Origin: Patescibacteria group bacterium
GTDB lineage: Bacteria > Patescibacteriota > Patescibacteriia > Magasanikbacterales > GWA2-37-8
DNA: 64,000 bases
Direction: 5' to 3'
Assembly: GCA_041661385.1 (NCBI GenBank)
Contig: JBAZUP010000001.1
Coordinates: 704,907-768,906 of the forward strand
Below are positions 1-8,419 of this stretch, one piece after another. Below the pieces are notes generated by a model. It had not been told where the DNA came from and ran no database searches. It worked only from the letters and a program-made list of their open reading frames with translations. The position numbers and the translations under genes are program-made. How positions within the stretch are numbered: the first letter of the stretch is position 1; the number at the start of each line of letters is the position of its first letter.

Positions 1-141
1 ATTATTTGCGACAATTTTATTATGCTTGGTTCTAAGCCAGCTGGTTTTGAACCGAACACTACTCCAATTTCTTCTGAGCGGTCTTCTGGTCCGGCCGAAG
101 TAATTGAAGAAGAAATTAAAGTTGAAGACATTCCATTTTAA
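1..141 (+). CDS. ssb: single-stranded DNA-binding protein, C-terminal fragment (5' end lies outside the window)
   Basis: Frame-1 partial ORF ending ...EEEIKVEDIPF* at 139-141. An acidic tail ending DIPF is the SSB signature, and the position immediately upstream of rpsR matches the common rpsF-ssb-rpsR order. Confidence 0.55.
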   Translation: MICDNFIMLGSKPAGFEPNTTPISSERSSGPAEVIEEEIKVEDIPF

Positions 142-150
142 TTTATATCT

Positions 151-375
151 ATGGTAATGAAGAAAAACAATTTACCCAAAGCTTGTTACTACTGCGTGAA
201 CAATCGGTTAACAGTAGATTATAAAGATATTGGAACTTTGCGCCGCTTCGTATCTTCTTATATGAAGATCGCTCCGCGCCGACGCTCCGGACTTTGTGCC
301 AAGCACCAGCGCCAAGTTGCTCGCGAGATAAAAAAAGCTCGTCAGGCTTCTCTCATGGCTTATGTCAACCGATAA
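151..375 (+). CDS. rpsR: 30S ribosomal protein S18
   Basis: 74 aa, CYYC...DYKD...LRRFVS...KI.PRR.SGL..K.QR.VAREIKKAR; typical S18 length and motifs. Confidence 0.9.
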   Translation: MVMKKNNLPKACYYCVNNRLTVDYKDIGTLRRFVSSYMKIAPRRRSGLCAKHQRQVAREIKKARQASLMAYVNR

Positions 376-444
376 TCTGAAATAAATATCTATGAAAGAG
401 CGTCACATCGGTTTGAAGTGGCGCTTTTTTAAATAATAAATAGT

Positions 445-1485
445 ATGTCCACCTGGCAGGACCTAAAAAATAATGCGCGTCTGAGAAAGATTTACGAAGA
501 ACGCCTCTTGATCACAAAATGTGTTCGCGAATTTTTTTGGTCGCGCGGTTTTGTTGAAGCGGAAACATCAATATCCATGCGGCTTCCAGGCCAAGAGCCG
601 TATTTAAACCCGATAGCGATAAAATTAAATAATGCCGCAAGCGAAAGTCAGGATTTTCATCTTCGTACCTCACCGGAATACGCTTTGAAAAAATTATTAG
701 CATCAGGTTTTCAAAAAGTTTTTGAAATTGGCAAATGTTTTCGAAACAAGGAAGACTTTGGCGGTTCACATCAGCCGGAGTTTACCATGTTAGAGTGGTA
801 TCGCGCTCCGGGCACGCTCGCGGATATTATGGACGACACCGAAAAGTTGTTTAAAGAAGTGATGAAAAAAATTAATAAAAAAGAATTTACTTACCGAGAT
901 AAAAGAATTCCAGTTTTTGTAAACTGGGAGCGAGCGAGCATGAAAGAATTATTTCAAAAATATCTATCGGTAAATTTAGATGACTATCTTGAACCGAAGA
1001 ATATTTTTGAATTAGCAAAAAAATTGAATTACAATGTTGTTGAGGGTGAAGAGTATGAAAATATTTTCTTTAAAATATTTTTAAATGAAATTGAACCGAA
1101 GCTGGGAATTGAAAAACCAATTTTTGTTTACGACTACCCGGCACAGATGTGTTCACTGTCAAAACTTTCTGCTGACTCGCGTTATGCCGAGCGGTTTGAA
1201 TTGTATGTCGGCGGACTCGAAGTCGCGAATGCTTTTGGCGAGCTTACCGATCCGTCCGAGCAAAAAAAGCGCTTGGAAACAGATCGCGACTTGAGGCAGA
1301 AACTTGGCAAAGAAACCTGGCCGGTTGATGAAGATTTTACTCGCGCCCTCGGCGAACTTAAAAGCAGGGGGGCAGAGGCAGGGGGGGTTGCTTTAGGCCT
1401 AGATCGTATGGTAATATTGTGCACTGATGCGAGGGATATAACAGAAACGACTTTCAATTCTGTGAAGGATCAGCTGGATATTTAA
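445..1485 (+). CDS. epmA: EF-P (R)-beta-lysine ligase, a class II lysyl-tRNA synthetase paralog without an anticodon-binding domain (EpmA/PoxA/GenX-like)
   Basis: 346 aa with class II aaRS core motifs (FHLRTSPE, FEIGKCFRNE, GG.E.ANAF.EL.DP.EQ, GLDR). It is too short for LysRS and lies directly upstream of efp. Confidence 0.7.
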   Translation: MSTWQDLKNNARLRKIYEERLLITKCVREFFWSRGFVEAETSISMRLPGQEPYLNPIAIKLNNAASESQDFHLRTSPEYALKKLLASGFQKVFEIGKCFRNKEDFGGSHQPEFTMLEWYRAPGTLADIMDDTEKLFKEVMKKINKKEFTYRDKRIPVFVNWERASMKELFQKYLSVNLDDYLEPKNIFELAKKLNYNVVEGEEYENIFFKIFLNEIEPKLGIEKPIFVYDYPAQMCSLSKLSADSRYAERFELYVGGLEVANAFGELTDPSEQKKRLETDRDLRQKLGKETWPVDEDFTRALGELKSRGAEAGGVALGLDRMVILCTDARDITETTFNSVKDQLDI

Positions 1486-1591
1486 GCTATTATTAGCAGA
1501 TTTACTCATTAAAATCCCAATACCCAAAATCCAATGACCAAACGAACTATATATTTGGGAATTGAGAATTGGAGCTTGGTCATTTTCATCT

Positions 1592-2152
1592 ATGTTATCA
1601 ACATCTGACATTCGAAAAAGAGCTGTAATTAAGCACAATGGCGACCTTTACAGCGTGGTAGAGTTCCAAAATGTGAACCCCGGCAAAGGGGCGGCTTTTA
1701 CTCGTACCCGCATGAAAAATCTGGGAAATGGCAAAGTAATGGAAATTACTTACAAATCTGGTGAAGCCGTGGACATTGTAAATGTGAATTTCTCAACAAT
1801 GCAGTATTTGTACAAATCCGGTGACAACTTTGCTTTCATGAATAATAGCACCTATGAACAGATTGAAATGAATGCCGATCTGATCGGTGATGATGCAAAA
1901 TATTTGAAAGAAGGCATCGAAGTAATTATCGGCACCTATGATGATATGCCAGTTAGTATTGAATTGCCGAAAAAAATTGTTTACAAAGTAAAAGAAGCGC
2001 CTCCAGCCGTAAAAGGTGACAGCGCCGGCGGTAATGTGACCAAAGAAATTATTTTGGAAAATGGCCTGGTGGTTCAAGCGCCGATATTTATAAAAGAAGG
2101 GGAAGATGTATTGGTTAATACCGAAACTGGAGAATATTCCGCCAGAGCATAA
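1592..2152 (+). CDS. efp: elongation factor P
   Basis: Strong EF-P similarity, including the conserved PGKG loop lysine (VNPGKGAAFTRTRMKN). The ORF track starts at a TTG at 1562; the ATG at 1592 (MLSTSDIRK...) gives the canonical length of about 186 aa. Confidence 0.9.
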   Translation: MLSTSDIRKRAVIKHNGDLYSVVEFQNVNPGKGAAFTRTRMKNLGNGKVMEITYKSGEAVDIVNVNFSTMQYLYKSGDNFAFMNNSTYEQIEMNADLIGDDAKYLKEGIEVIIGTYDDMPVSIELPKKIVYKVKEAPPAVKGDSAGGNVTKEIILENGLVVQAPIFIKEGEDVLVNTETGEYSARA

Positions 2153-2173
2153 ATAAATTACAAATTATATTAA

Positions 2174-2198
2174 GCGCGGCCTCAGCCGCGCTTTTTTT
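2174..2198 (+). terminator. rho-independent terminator after efp
   Basis: gcgcggc-ctca-gccgcgc hairpin followed by a 7-T tract. Confidence 0.7.
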
Positions 2199-2209
2199 AT
2201 TTATTTTTT

Positions 2210-2627
2210 TATCTCGCTATCCCCGCCTGCAACGCTTTGCGTAGCAATGCGGGCAGGGCTCAATCAATTCAATCATTTCTCTATAATACTTATTTCCTTA
2301 GCCCTGCCGGCGGCATCACTTTTCATAACTGAAAAGTAATCAAAAGGTTCTGGGGGCCGGCAGAACTCGTCGCGCGAGCTCCTCAAACAGCTGGCGGCCC
2401 CCAAACCCCCGTTGGGTAATTGGTTGGACAACAACTGGTGACCGAGCCTTTGTGTAACGAGAGCGAAATGGCCGGCGAAATTAGATTTTTTCAATACGAT
2501 TATGCACCTTTGAAAAAATCGTTTTGATTTCGACAAGACATTTGCCGAGCGGAACAACTGCGAGGCAATTTTGGGGACACCCCTTTTGTTGCCAAAAGGG
2601 GTGTGAAAGAGTTTTGAGCGATAGCGA
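2210..2627 (+). ncRNA. candidate structured ncRNA or repeat element, copy A (homologous to 21659-21955)
   Basis: Shares several conserved blocks in the same order with copy B: tatctcgctatc, ctcaatcaatt, ttagccctgc, ttcataactgaaa, aaccaaaggtt, ccccaaacccccgttgggtaattg, gaccgagc, and a distal hairpin gacacc..ttttg.tgccaaaagg..gtgtg. The long stem gggggccggcag/ctggcggccccc (2352-2363 with 2391-2402) covaries with the copy B stem. The 5' end (ctcgctatc) and 3' end (gatagcgag) are complementary, forming a closing helix. The element begins right at the efp terminator T-tract. Confidence 0.45.
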
Positions 2628-2700
2628 AATGTATTAATGAAAAAATATGTTAAATTTGTAATCTAGAAATTTATATTCATCTGTGCTAGTGTAAAATGGT

Positions 2701-3258
2701 ATGAAAGAACTGACCGATAATCAACTAATTACGGCATATCGCGAGGGTGATGGCAGTGCTTTTGAAAATTTGGTAAATAGGCATCTAAAATCTGTCTATT
2801 TTTATTGCGTCCGATTGGTCGGTAAAGACGAGGCGAATGACATGACTCAAGAGGTTTTTATTAAAGTTTGGAAACATCTCAATAAGTATGATGTTGAAAA
2901 AAATTTCAAAGTTTGGCTATTTCGAATTGCCCGCAATACCTGTCTCGATTATCTCCGTAAAAAACAACCGATGGTATTTTCGGATTTAAAAAAAGAAGAT
3001 GAAATGTCGGTTGAAGAAAATATTCCTGATCAGCGAAAAGGCGTAGAGGAAAAATTATTTGCTGCCGATCAAAAATCTGAACTTGATACGGCGCTTGCTA
3101 AATTATCAATACCAACTCAAGAAGTATTTGAGTTGTTTTATCGAGATGAATTAACTTTTAATGAAATAGCGGAAACTCTTAAACTATCCGTAAATACGAT
3201 AAAAAGCCGACACCGTCGGGGTATCGTTGAGCTCCAAAAAATATTAAAAGGTCAGTAA
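2701..3258 (+). CDS. ECF-type RNA polymerase sigma factor (sigma-70 family, regions 2 and 4)
   Basis: 185 aa; region 2 (FENLVNRHLKSVYFYCVRLVG...DMTQEVFIKVW..FKVWLFRIARNTCLDYLRK) and region 4 (LTFNEIAETLKLSVNTIKSRHRRG...L). Confidence 0.85.
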   Translation: MKELTDNQLITAYREGDGSAFENLVNRHLKSVYFYCVRLVGKDEANDMTQEVFIKVWKHLNKYDVEKNFKVWLFRIARNTCLDYLRKKQPMVFSDLKKEDEMSVEENIPDQRKGVEEKLFAADQKSELDTALAKLSIPTQEVFELFYRDELTFNEIAETLKLSVNTIKSRHRRGIVELQKILKGQ

Positions 3259-3302
3259 ATGCACCAAAATTGCCGACTGTTGCGTATTATTAATATATAA
3301 AT

Positions 3303-3737
3303 ATGAACCTCGACGAACATCTAAAAAATAGCTATTCACAGGCCCTTTTGACCGAGGTTGATTTAGAAGCGACTAGATCTAAAATTATGATACAGGTTAG
3401 CCGGCTTAACAAGCGCCGCATACTCATTCGCTCCGGTTTTTGGAGTGTGTTTACCTTTGTTTCTACCCTAGGTCTCGTTACTAGCAGTATTGGGTTTTAT
3501 CAACAGTTTATTGGTTCTGGAGCCCGCGAACTTATCGTAGTTGCTATTACAGACACCAGTGTTATTCTGCAGAACGGCACGGCCTTTTTTTATTCTCTCG
3601 CCGAATCCATGCCGGTCGGAAATATTGCCGGAACGCTTGCCGCGACCGCCGCTTTTTTATATTCTTTACAACATTTATCAGAATTATTAATGAATAATTT
3701 ATCAAAAAAAATATATGGACACAAACCAACAAATTAA
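3303..3737 (+). CDS. membrane protein, possible anti-sigma factor partner of the upstream ECF sigma factor
   Basis: 144 aa with a short charged N-terminus and then hydrophobic segments. Assigned only by position immediately downstream of the ECF sigma factor. Confidence 0.35.
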   Translation: MNLDEHLKNSYSQALLTEVDLEATRSKIMIQVSRLNKRRILIRSGFWSVFTFVSTLGLVTSSIGFYQQFIGSGARELIVVAITDTSVILQNGTAFFYSLAESMPVGNIAGTLAATAAFLYSLQHLSELLMNNLSKKIYGHKPTN

Positions 3738-4185
3738 ATCAAAAATGTTGAAGTGGGTTATTTTCGGTATTGCTGAGCTCGCGCTAGTGGCAATTGTTTT
3801 TCGTACTGGCATGATGGTTGGTTTTGCAAAAGCAAACTTTAATTTTAGCTGGGGAGAACAATATCATAATATGTTCGGCGGTCCGCGCGGAGGTTGGATT
3901 GGCGGTCGTGGTGGCATGATGGGCGGCGCCTTTGATCGGGATGATTTTTCCCCAGGGCACAACGTGGTCGGATCGGTAATAAAAGTTTCTTCTTCAACTA
4001 TAATTGTAAAAGGGGCAGACAACACAGAAAAATTATTATCAATTTCAGAGGGAACAACGATTAGAAAAGGCGGAACGAATATTAAAATTTCTGAATTAAA
4101 AGAAAATGATCGAATAGTTGCAATTGGTTCGCCAAGTACTACCGGTCAGATTGAGGCAAGTTTCATCCGTGTCTTTCAGCCATAA
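3715..4185 (+). CDS. membrane-anchored Gly-rich protein, paralog of the 7882-8316 product
   Basis: N-terminal TM segment, a Gly-rich linker (GGPRGGWIGGRGGMMGG), and a C-terminal beta-rich domain that aligns by eye with the 7882 ORF (GSVIKVSSSTIIVKGADNTEKL..ISEGTTIRKGG vs GEILSKTDNTLTIKLRDGGSKI..FSSSTPVRMF). Confidence 0.5.
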   Translation: MDTNQQIKSKMLKWVIFGIAELALVAIVFRTGMMVGFAKANFNFSWGEQYHNMFGGPRGGWIGGRGGMMGGAFDRDDFSPGHNVVGSVIKVSSSTIIVKGADNTEKLLSISEGTTIRKGGTNIKISELKENDRIVAIGSPSTTGQIEASFIRVFQP

Positions 4186-4188
4186 TTT

Positions 4189-5889
4189 ATGAACATTGTT
4201 CAGAGAGTGAAAAAACATCCATACTATACAGCCGCAATTGCAATTACTTTGGTTGGCGGCGGGTGGTATTGGTATAGCCATCGAACGGTTGCGACTATTA
4301 CGCAATATGTAACAGCGACAGTTGAAAAACAAACCATAATTTCTACTGTTAGCGGCAGTGGCCAGGTCAGCACTCTGAAAAGATTAGATTTAAAACCTCA
4401 AACCAGCGGGACTACGAATCAGGTAACCCTTACTTCGATGAATGTTGTTCCCGGTCAAATTGTAAAAGCCGGCCAAGTTATAGCAGTTATAGATAATACT
4501 AGTGCGATGGTTTCGCTCGAACAAGCGCAAGCATCTCTTATTAGTGCGGAAGCGAATTATAAAAAAATATTAGGCGGGACAACTGAAACAGATTTAAAAA
4601 ATGCCAGGCAAGATGTAATTTCCGCTGAGTCGGCTTTGCAAAATGCTAAAACAAGTTTAGATACAGTAACCCAACAGCAAAATACGGCGGTAGCCAATTC
4701 TTACCGCAGTCTTTTGACAAGCGGAATAGCGGCGACTCAATCGCTATGGTCATATACTTCTACGAATGTAACTGAAAGCGACAAGCCGACCATTACCGGT
4801 TCGTACGCGCTTACCGCGTCCGGTACTTTGCAAATTTTTCAACAGGGTGCTTATTTTTATGCTTCCGGAATAGAAACTATTCCAATGCAAAAAATTGATA
4901 CCCGTATTCCGGTTGCGCTTGGTACAACCGGGCTGTATGTTCAGTTTCCAAATGATGCGATTTCTGCCGAATGGGATATTCAAATTCCCAATCCTCAAGC
5001 TAGTAGCTACGTTTCAAATTTAATTTCTTATCAGTCTGCGCTTCTTTCTCAAAAACAGGCTCTTAGTAATGCGCAAAATGCGATTATCACCGCTCAGACG
5101 AATCTTCAAAAAGCACAAGATAATCTTGCTTTGAAAGAACAGCCGCCGGAAGATAGTAGTGTCGCAACCGCGCGAGCCCAGCTTATTAACGCGCAATCGC
5201 AACTGCGAACCGCGCAAAGTAATTATAGTAATACCAGAATAACCGCACCTTTCGCCGGTCAAATTGCCGCTGTAAATTCCCAGCAAGGTGATCAGGTTTC
5301 TGGCTCTACTGTAATCGCGACCCTTATCACCGAACAAAAAATTGTCACCGTCAGTTTAAATGAAGTCGATGCTGCCAAGGTAAAAGTCGGCAATCCGGTT
5401 ACTCTTACCTTTGATGCAATACCAAGTCTTACTTTGACCGGCAAGGTTTCACAAATTGATCTCCTCGGCACAGTAGCTCAAGGGGTAGTTAATTATTCTG
5501 TTCAAATTTCATTTGATACTCAAGATGATCGAGTTCGGCCCAGTATGAGTGCGGCCGCCGCCATTATTACCGAAACCAAAACCGATGTGCTCGCCGTACC
5601 AATTTCTGCAATCAAATCAAACGGCAGCGGCTCTTATGTCGATGTTATTGAAGATAGTAATATTGCTACTAAAAACGGAACGACTGTAACTTTAAAAACC
5701 AGCCCCAAACAGCAAACCGTTCAAGTCGGAGCTTCTGATAATTCATTCACGGAAATAATCAGCGGTCTTACCGAAGGTGAGACAATTGTCTCAAGAACTA
5801 TCACTCAGGCAGCAGCTGCCTCTTCTGCTTCGTCGCTTAGAATTCCAGGTATAACCGGTGGCGGGGGCGGAAATTTCCGCGGAAATTAA
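4189..5889 (+). CDS. periplasmic adaptor or membrane fusion protein of an efflux system (HlyD/MacA family)
   Basis: 566 aa; N-terminal TM, a long coiled-coil-rich middle, and the MFP barrel-sandwich signature NTRITAPFAGQIAAVN..GD.V; Gly-rich C-terminal tail. Confidence 0.7.
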   Translation: MNIVQRVKKHPYYTAAIAITLVGGGWYWYSHRTVATITQYVTATVEKQTIISTVSGSGQVSTLKRLDLKPQTSGTTNQVTLTSMNVVPGQIVKAGQVIAVIDNTSAMVSLEQAQASLISAEANYKKILGGTTETDLKNARQDVISAESALQNAKTSLDTVTQQQNTAVANSYRSLLTSGIAATQSLWSYTSTNVTESDKPTITGSYALTASGTLQIFQQGAYFYASGIETIPMQKIDTRIPVALGTTGLYVQFPNDAISAEWDIQIPNPQASSYVSNLISYQSALLSQKQALSNAQNAIITAQTNLQKAQDNLALKEQPPEDSSVATARAQLINAQSQLRTAQSNYSNTRITAPFAGQIAAVNSQQGDQVSGSTVIATLITEQKIVTVSLNEVDAAKVKVGNPVTLTFDAIPSLTLTGKVSQIDLLGTVAQGVVNYSVQISFDTQDDRVRPSMSAAAAIITETKTDVLAVPISAIKSNGSGSYVDVIEDSNIATKNGTTVTLKTSPKQQTVQVGASDNSFTEIISGLTEGETIVSRTITQAAAASSASSLRIPGITGGGGGNFRGN

Positions 5890-5912
5890 TATTATAGGGG
5901 TGTCGCTAATGT

Positions 5913-6614
5913 ATGATTGAAGTAAAGAATATTGGAAAAACGTATAAAACTGGTGATATTGAATATCAAGCCTTAAAAGGCATTAGCCTCACTATAAAAG
6001 ATGGCGAGTTTCTCGCAATCATGGGCCCCTCTGGGTCCGGCAAATCAACGCTCATGCATATTCTTGGCGCTCTTGATAAACCATCATCCGGAAATTATAT
6101 TTTGGATGGAAAGGATGTCTCAGAATATAGTGAAGATGAACTTGCAAGAATTAGAAAACAAAAAATAGGTTTTGTTTTTCAATCTTTCAATTTATTACCG
6201 CGAACTACCGTACTTCGAAACGTAATGTTGCCGCTCATTTATGCCGGTGTGCCGAAGGGTGAGCGGGAAGAGCGAGCAAAGATGGCGCTAAAAGCCGCCA
6301 GTTTTGAAGAGTCACATTTTTTAAATTTATCTAATCAGCTTTCAGGCGGACAGATTCAGCGCGTTGCCATTGCTAGAGCGCTAGTAAATAATCCGTCATT
6401 AATTTTAGCGGACGAACCGACCGGCAACCTCGATACCAAAACCGGTGAAATTGTTCTCGGCACTTTTCAAAAATTAAACAGTGAAGGACACACGATTGTT
6501 CTAATTACCCATGAGAGAGATGTGGCAGAGCATGCGAGGCGAATTGTATTTTTGCGCGATGGTGTGGTTTTAAGTGATGAACTGAATAAAAATCAGGTAA
6601 TGGCTAAGACGTAA
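5913..6614 (+). CDS. ABC transporter ATP-binding protein (MacB/LolD-like)
   Basis: Walker A GPSGSGKST, Q-loop, signature LSGGQIQRVAIARAL, and Walker B ILADEPTGNLD. Confidence 0.9.
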   Translation: MIEVKNIGKTYKTGDIEYQALKGISLTIKDGEFLAIMGPSGSGKSTLMHILGALDKPSSGNYILDGKDVSEYSEDELARIRKQKIGFVFQSFNLLPRTTVLRNVMLPLIYAGVPKGEREERAKMALKAASFEESHFLNLSNQLSGGQIQRVAIARALVNNPSLILADEPTGNLDTKTGEIVLGTFQKLNSEGHTIVLITHERDVAEHARRIVFLRDGVVLSDELNKNQVMAKT

Positions 6615-6623
6615 AACTATATT

Positions 6624-7853
6624 ATGATGAAAACCGTTGATTTAATTGAAGAAATTTATTGGGGGCTTTCCGCCAACAAGGTCCGGTCTTTTTTAACTAT
6701 TCTCGGTATTGTTATCGGCATTGCTTCGGTAATTGCCCTGCAGGCGATTGGTGCCGGGGCCAAAGGTACCATTGAAGCTAGTATCCAATCGGTAGGATCA
6801 AATTTATTATTTGTTACACCGGGCGCTCAGCGCGGTGTTGGAGTTTCAATAAACGCCGGCCGAGGTTCGTCACAAACTTTAACGAATGAGGATGCTGCAG
6901 CAATTGCTAGCAGTATAAATGGAGTTAAGGCGGTTGTGTCGGAAAAATCTGCCCGCTATCAAGTCAAAGCGGGTGGCCTGAATACAAATACCTCGATTAT
7001 TGGTACAACTTCCGCCTATCCGGGTGTTCGCAATATTCAAATTGATACGGGAACATTTATCAGCGATCAGCAGCAGCAATCGAGCCAGCGGGTCGCGGTA
7101 CTAGGGCCGACCGCCATGGCCGATTTATTCGGTTCGAGCACCACAAATATTATTGGGAAAACCGTAACAATAAAAAACATGCCGTTTATTGTTATTGGTA
7201 CAACGGTGGCAAAAGGCGGTTCCGGTTTCAGCAATTCTGATGACGCAATATATGTTCCTCTATCTACTGCTCAAAAATTTTTAGCTGGTGACGATTTTCT
7301 GGGTACCATTGATGTTCAGGCGGAAGATGCCTCACAAATGACAAACATTAAAAATGATATTACATCTTTATTGCTCGCTCGCCATAAAATTACCGGCACA
7401 AAAACCGCAGATTTTAGTGTGATGAGTCAAACTGATATTCTTGCTACTGCTTCCAGCATTACCGACACCCTAACTTCACTACTCGCCGCTATCGCTGGCA
7501 TATCGCTTTTGGTTGGGGGTATTGGAATTATGAACATGATGTTAACGACCGTAACCGAACGCACTAAAGAAATTGGTCTTCGGCAGGCAATTGGTGCAGA
7601 AAAAGCTGATATTAGCAGACAGTTTTTATTGGAAGCTGTGACGCTCACATTTATTGGCGGAGCGGTCGGAACATTTATCGGTTATCTCGCTTCACTTATC
7701 ATCAGTAAATTTATAAATGTGGCGGGAACGATTACTTTATCTTCAGTCATGCTCGCAATTGGCGTTTCGGCCGGCATCGGAATTGTGTTCGGTTATTATC
7801 CGGCCCGACGTGCGGCAAAACTCAACCCGATTGAAGCGTTAAGATTTGAATGA
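6624..7853 (+). CDS. ABC transporter permease, FtsX/MacB family
   Basis: 409 aa with an N-terminal TM, a large periplasmic domain, then the C-terminal 3-TM FtsX-like domain (GIGIMNMMLTTVTERTKEIGLRQAIGA). Completes MFP-ATPase-permease synteny. Confidence 0.8.
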   Translation: MMKTVDLIEEIYWGLSANKVRSFLTILGIVIGIASVIALQAIGAGAKGTIEASIQSVGSNLLFVTPGAQRGVGVSINAGRGSSQTLTNEDAAAIASSINGVKAVVSEKSARYQVKAGGLNTNTSIIGTTSAYPGVRNIQIDTGTFISDQQQQSSQRVAVLGPTAMADLFGSSTTNIIGKTVTIKNMPFIVIGTTVAKGGSGFSNSDDAIYVPLSTAQKFLAGDDFLGTIDVQAEDASQMTNIKNDITSLLLARHKITGTKTADFSVMSQTDILATASSITDTLTSLLAAIAGISLLVGGIGIMNMMLTTVTERTKEIGLRQAIGAEKADISRQFLLEAVTLTFIGGAVGTFIGYLASLIISKFINVAGTITLSSVMLAIGVSAGIGIVFGYYPARRAAKLNPIEALRFE

Positions 7854-7881
7854 TATAATTAATAAATAATTAAAATAATTT

Positions 7882-8316
7882 ATGAATAGCAAAATTTTAG
7901 GAGGAATATCCGTCGTTTTAATTGGCGCCGCTTTTTATGGCGGTATGATGTACGGAAAAAGTACCGCGACTGCGGCAGCACTTGCTAACCGCAGAAATTT
8001 TCAAGGCGGTAACCAGCAGGGCGGAGGCAGAACAAATGTTGGAAATGCCGGCGTAAATATTACCGGTGAAATCTTGTCAAAAACCGATAATACTTTAACG
8101 ATAAAATTGCGTGATGGCGGTTCAAAGATAGTTGTATTTTCCAGTTCGACACCAGTACGAATGTTTTCTGAGGCATCACGCGATCAAATAGAAGTAGGAA
8201 AAAATATTACCGCGCTTGGGACAGCTAACAGCGACGGATCAATTACCGCGCAGAGTATTCAATTGCGCGAAGTATCATCTACACCCGCCGGTTTTCAGGG
8301 CGGCTCGCCAAGATAA
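7882..8316 (+). CDS. membrane-anchored Gly-rich protein, paralog of the 3715-4185 product
   Basis: TM, a Gly/Gln-rich linker, and a C-terminal beta-rich domain similar to the 3715 ORF. Sits directly after the ABC permease. Confidence 0.5.
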   Translation: MNSKILGGISVVLIGAAFYGGMMYGKSTATAAALANRRNFQGGNQQGGGRTNVGNAGVNITGEILSKTDNTLTIKLRDGGSKIVVFSSSTPVRMFSEASRDQIEVGKNITALGTANSDGSITAQSIQLREVSSTPAGFQGGSPR

Positions 8317-8329
8317 AAAAATAATCAAT

Positions 8330-8358
8330 CCCACCAGCAGTAACTGGTGGGATTTTTT
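8330..8358 (+). terminator. rho-independent terminator
   Basis: cccaccag-cagtaa-ctggtggg followed by atttttt. Confidence 0.65.
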
Positions 8359-8391
8359 ATTTGACAAAATACTTAAAAAGCGGTATTTTAC

Positions 8392-8412
8392 AGATGCAAC
8401 TGAGTTGCATCT
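8392..8412. promoter_or_regulatory. perfect palindrome between the promoter and the znuA start, candidate Zur operator
   Basis: agatgcaac-tga-gttgcatct, 9-bp arms, just downstream of TTGACA-17-TATTTT (8361-8389) and 8 bp before the znuA ATG at 8420. The Fur-family regulator is encoded at the end of the same operon. Confidence 0.45.
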
Positions 8413-8419
8413 AGGTTCT

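Noticed and set aside
1562-1591. TTG-initiated 10-codon extension of efp
   Set aside because: EF-P homologs begin at the downstream Met (MLSTSDIRK...). The extension would overlap the inverted repeat and has no support.
2273-2557. 94-aa minus-strand ORF inside repeat-element copy A, with 65- and 74-aa ORFs in copy B at 21672-21916
   Set aside because: Amino-acid similarity between copies is confined to blocks that are conserved at the nucleotide level. Copy B is split across two frames, and differences fall as compensatory changes in predicted helices. An RNA or repeat element is more parsimonious than a small protein family, though this is not fully excluded.
8216-8419. N-terminal 68-aa extension of the znuA ORF overlapping the preceding gene
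   Set aside because: The extension overlaps the 7882-8316 CDS and a terminator hairpin. The ATG at 8420 gives a signal-peptide-like N-terminus typical of SBPs.
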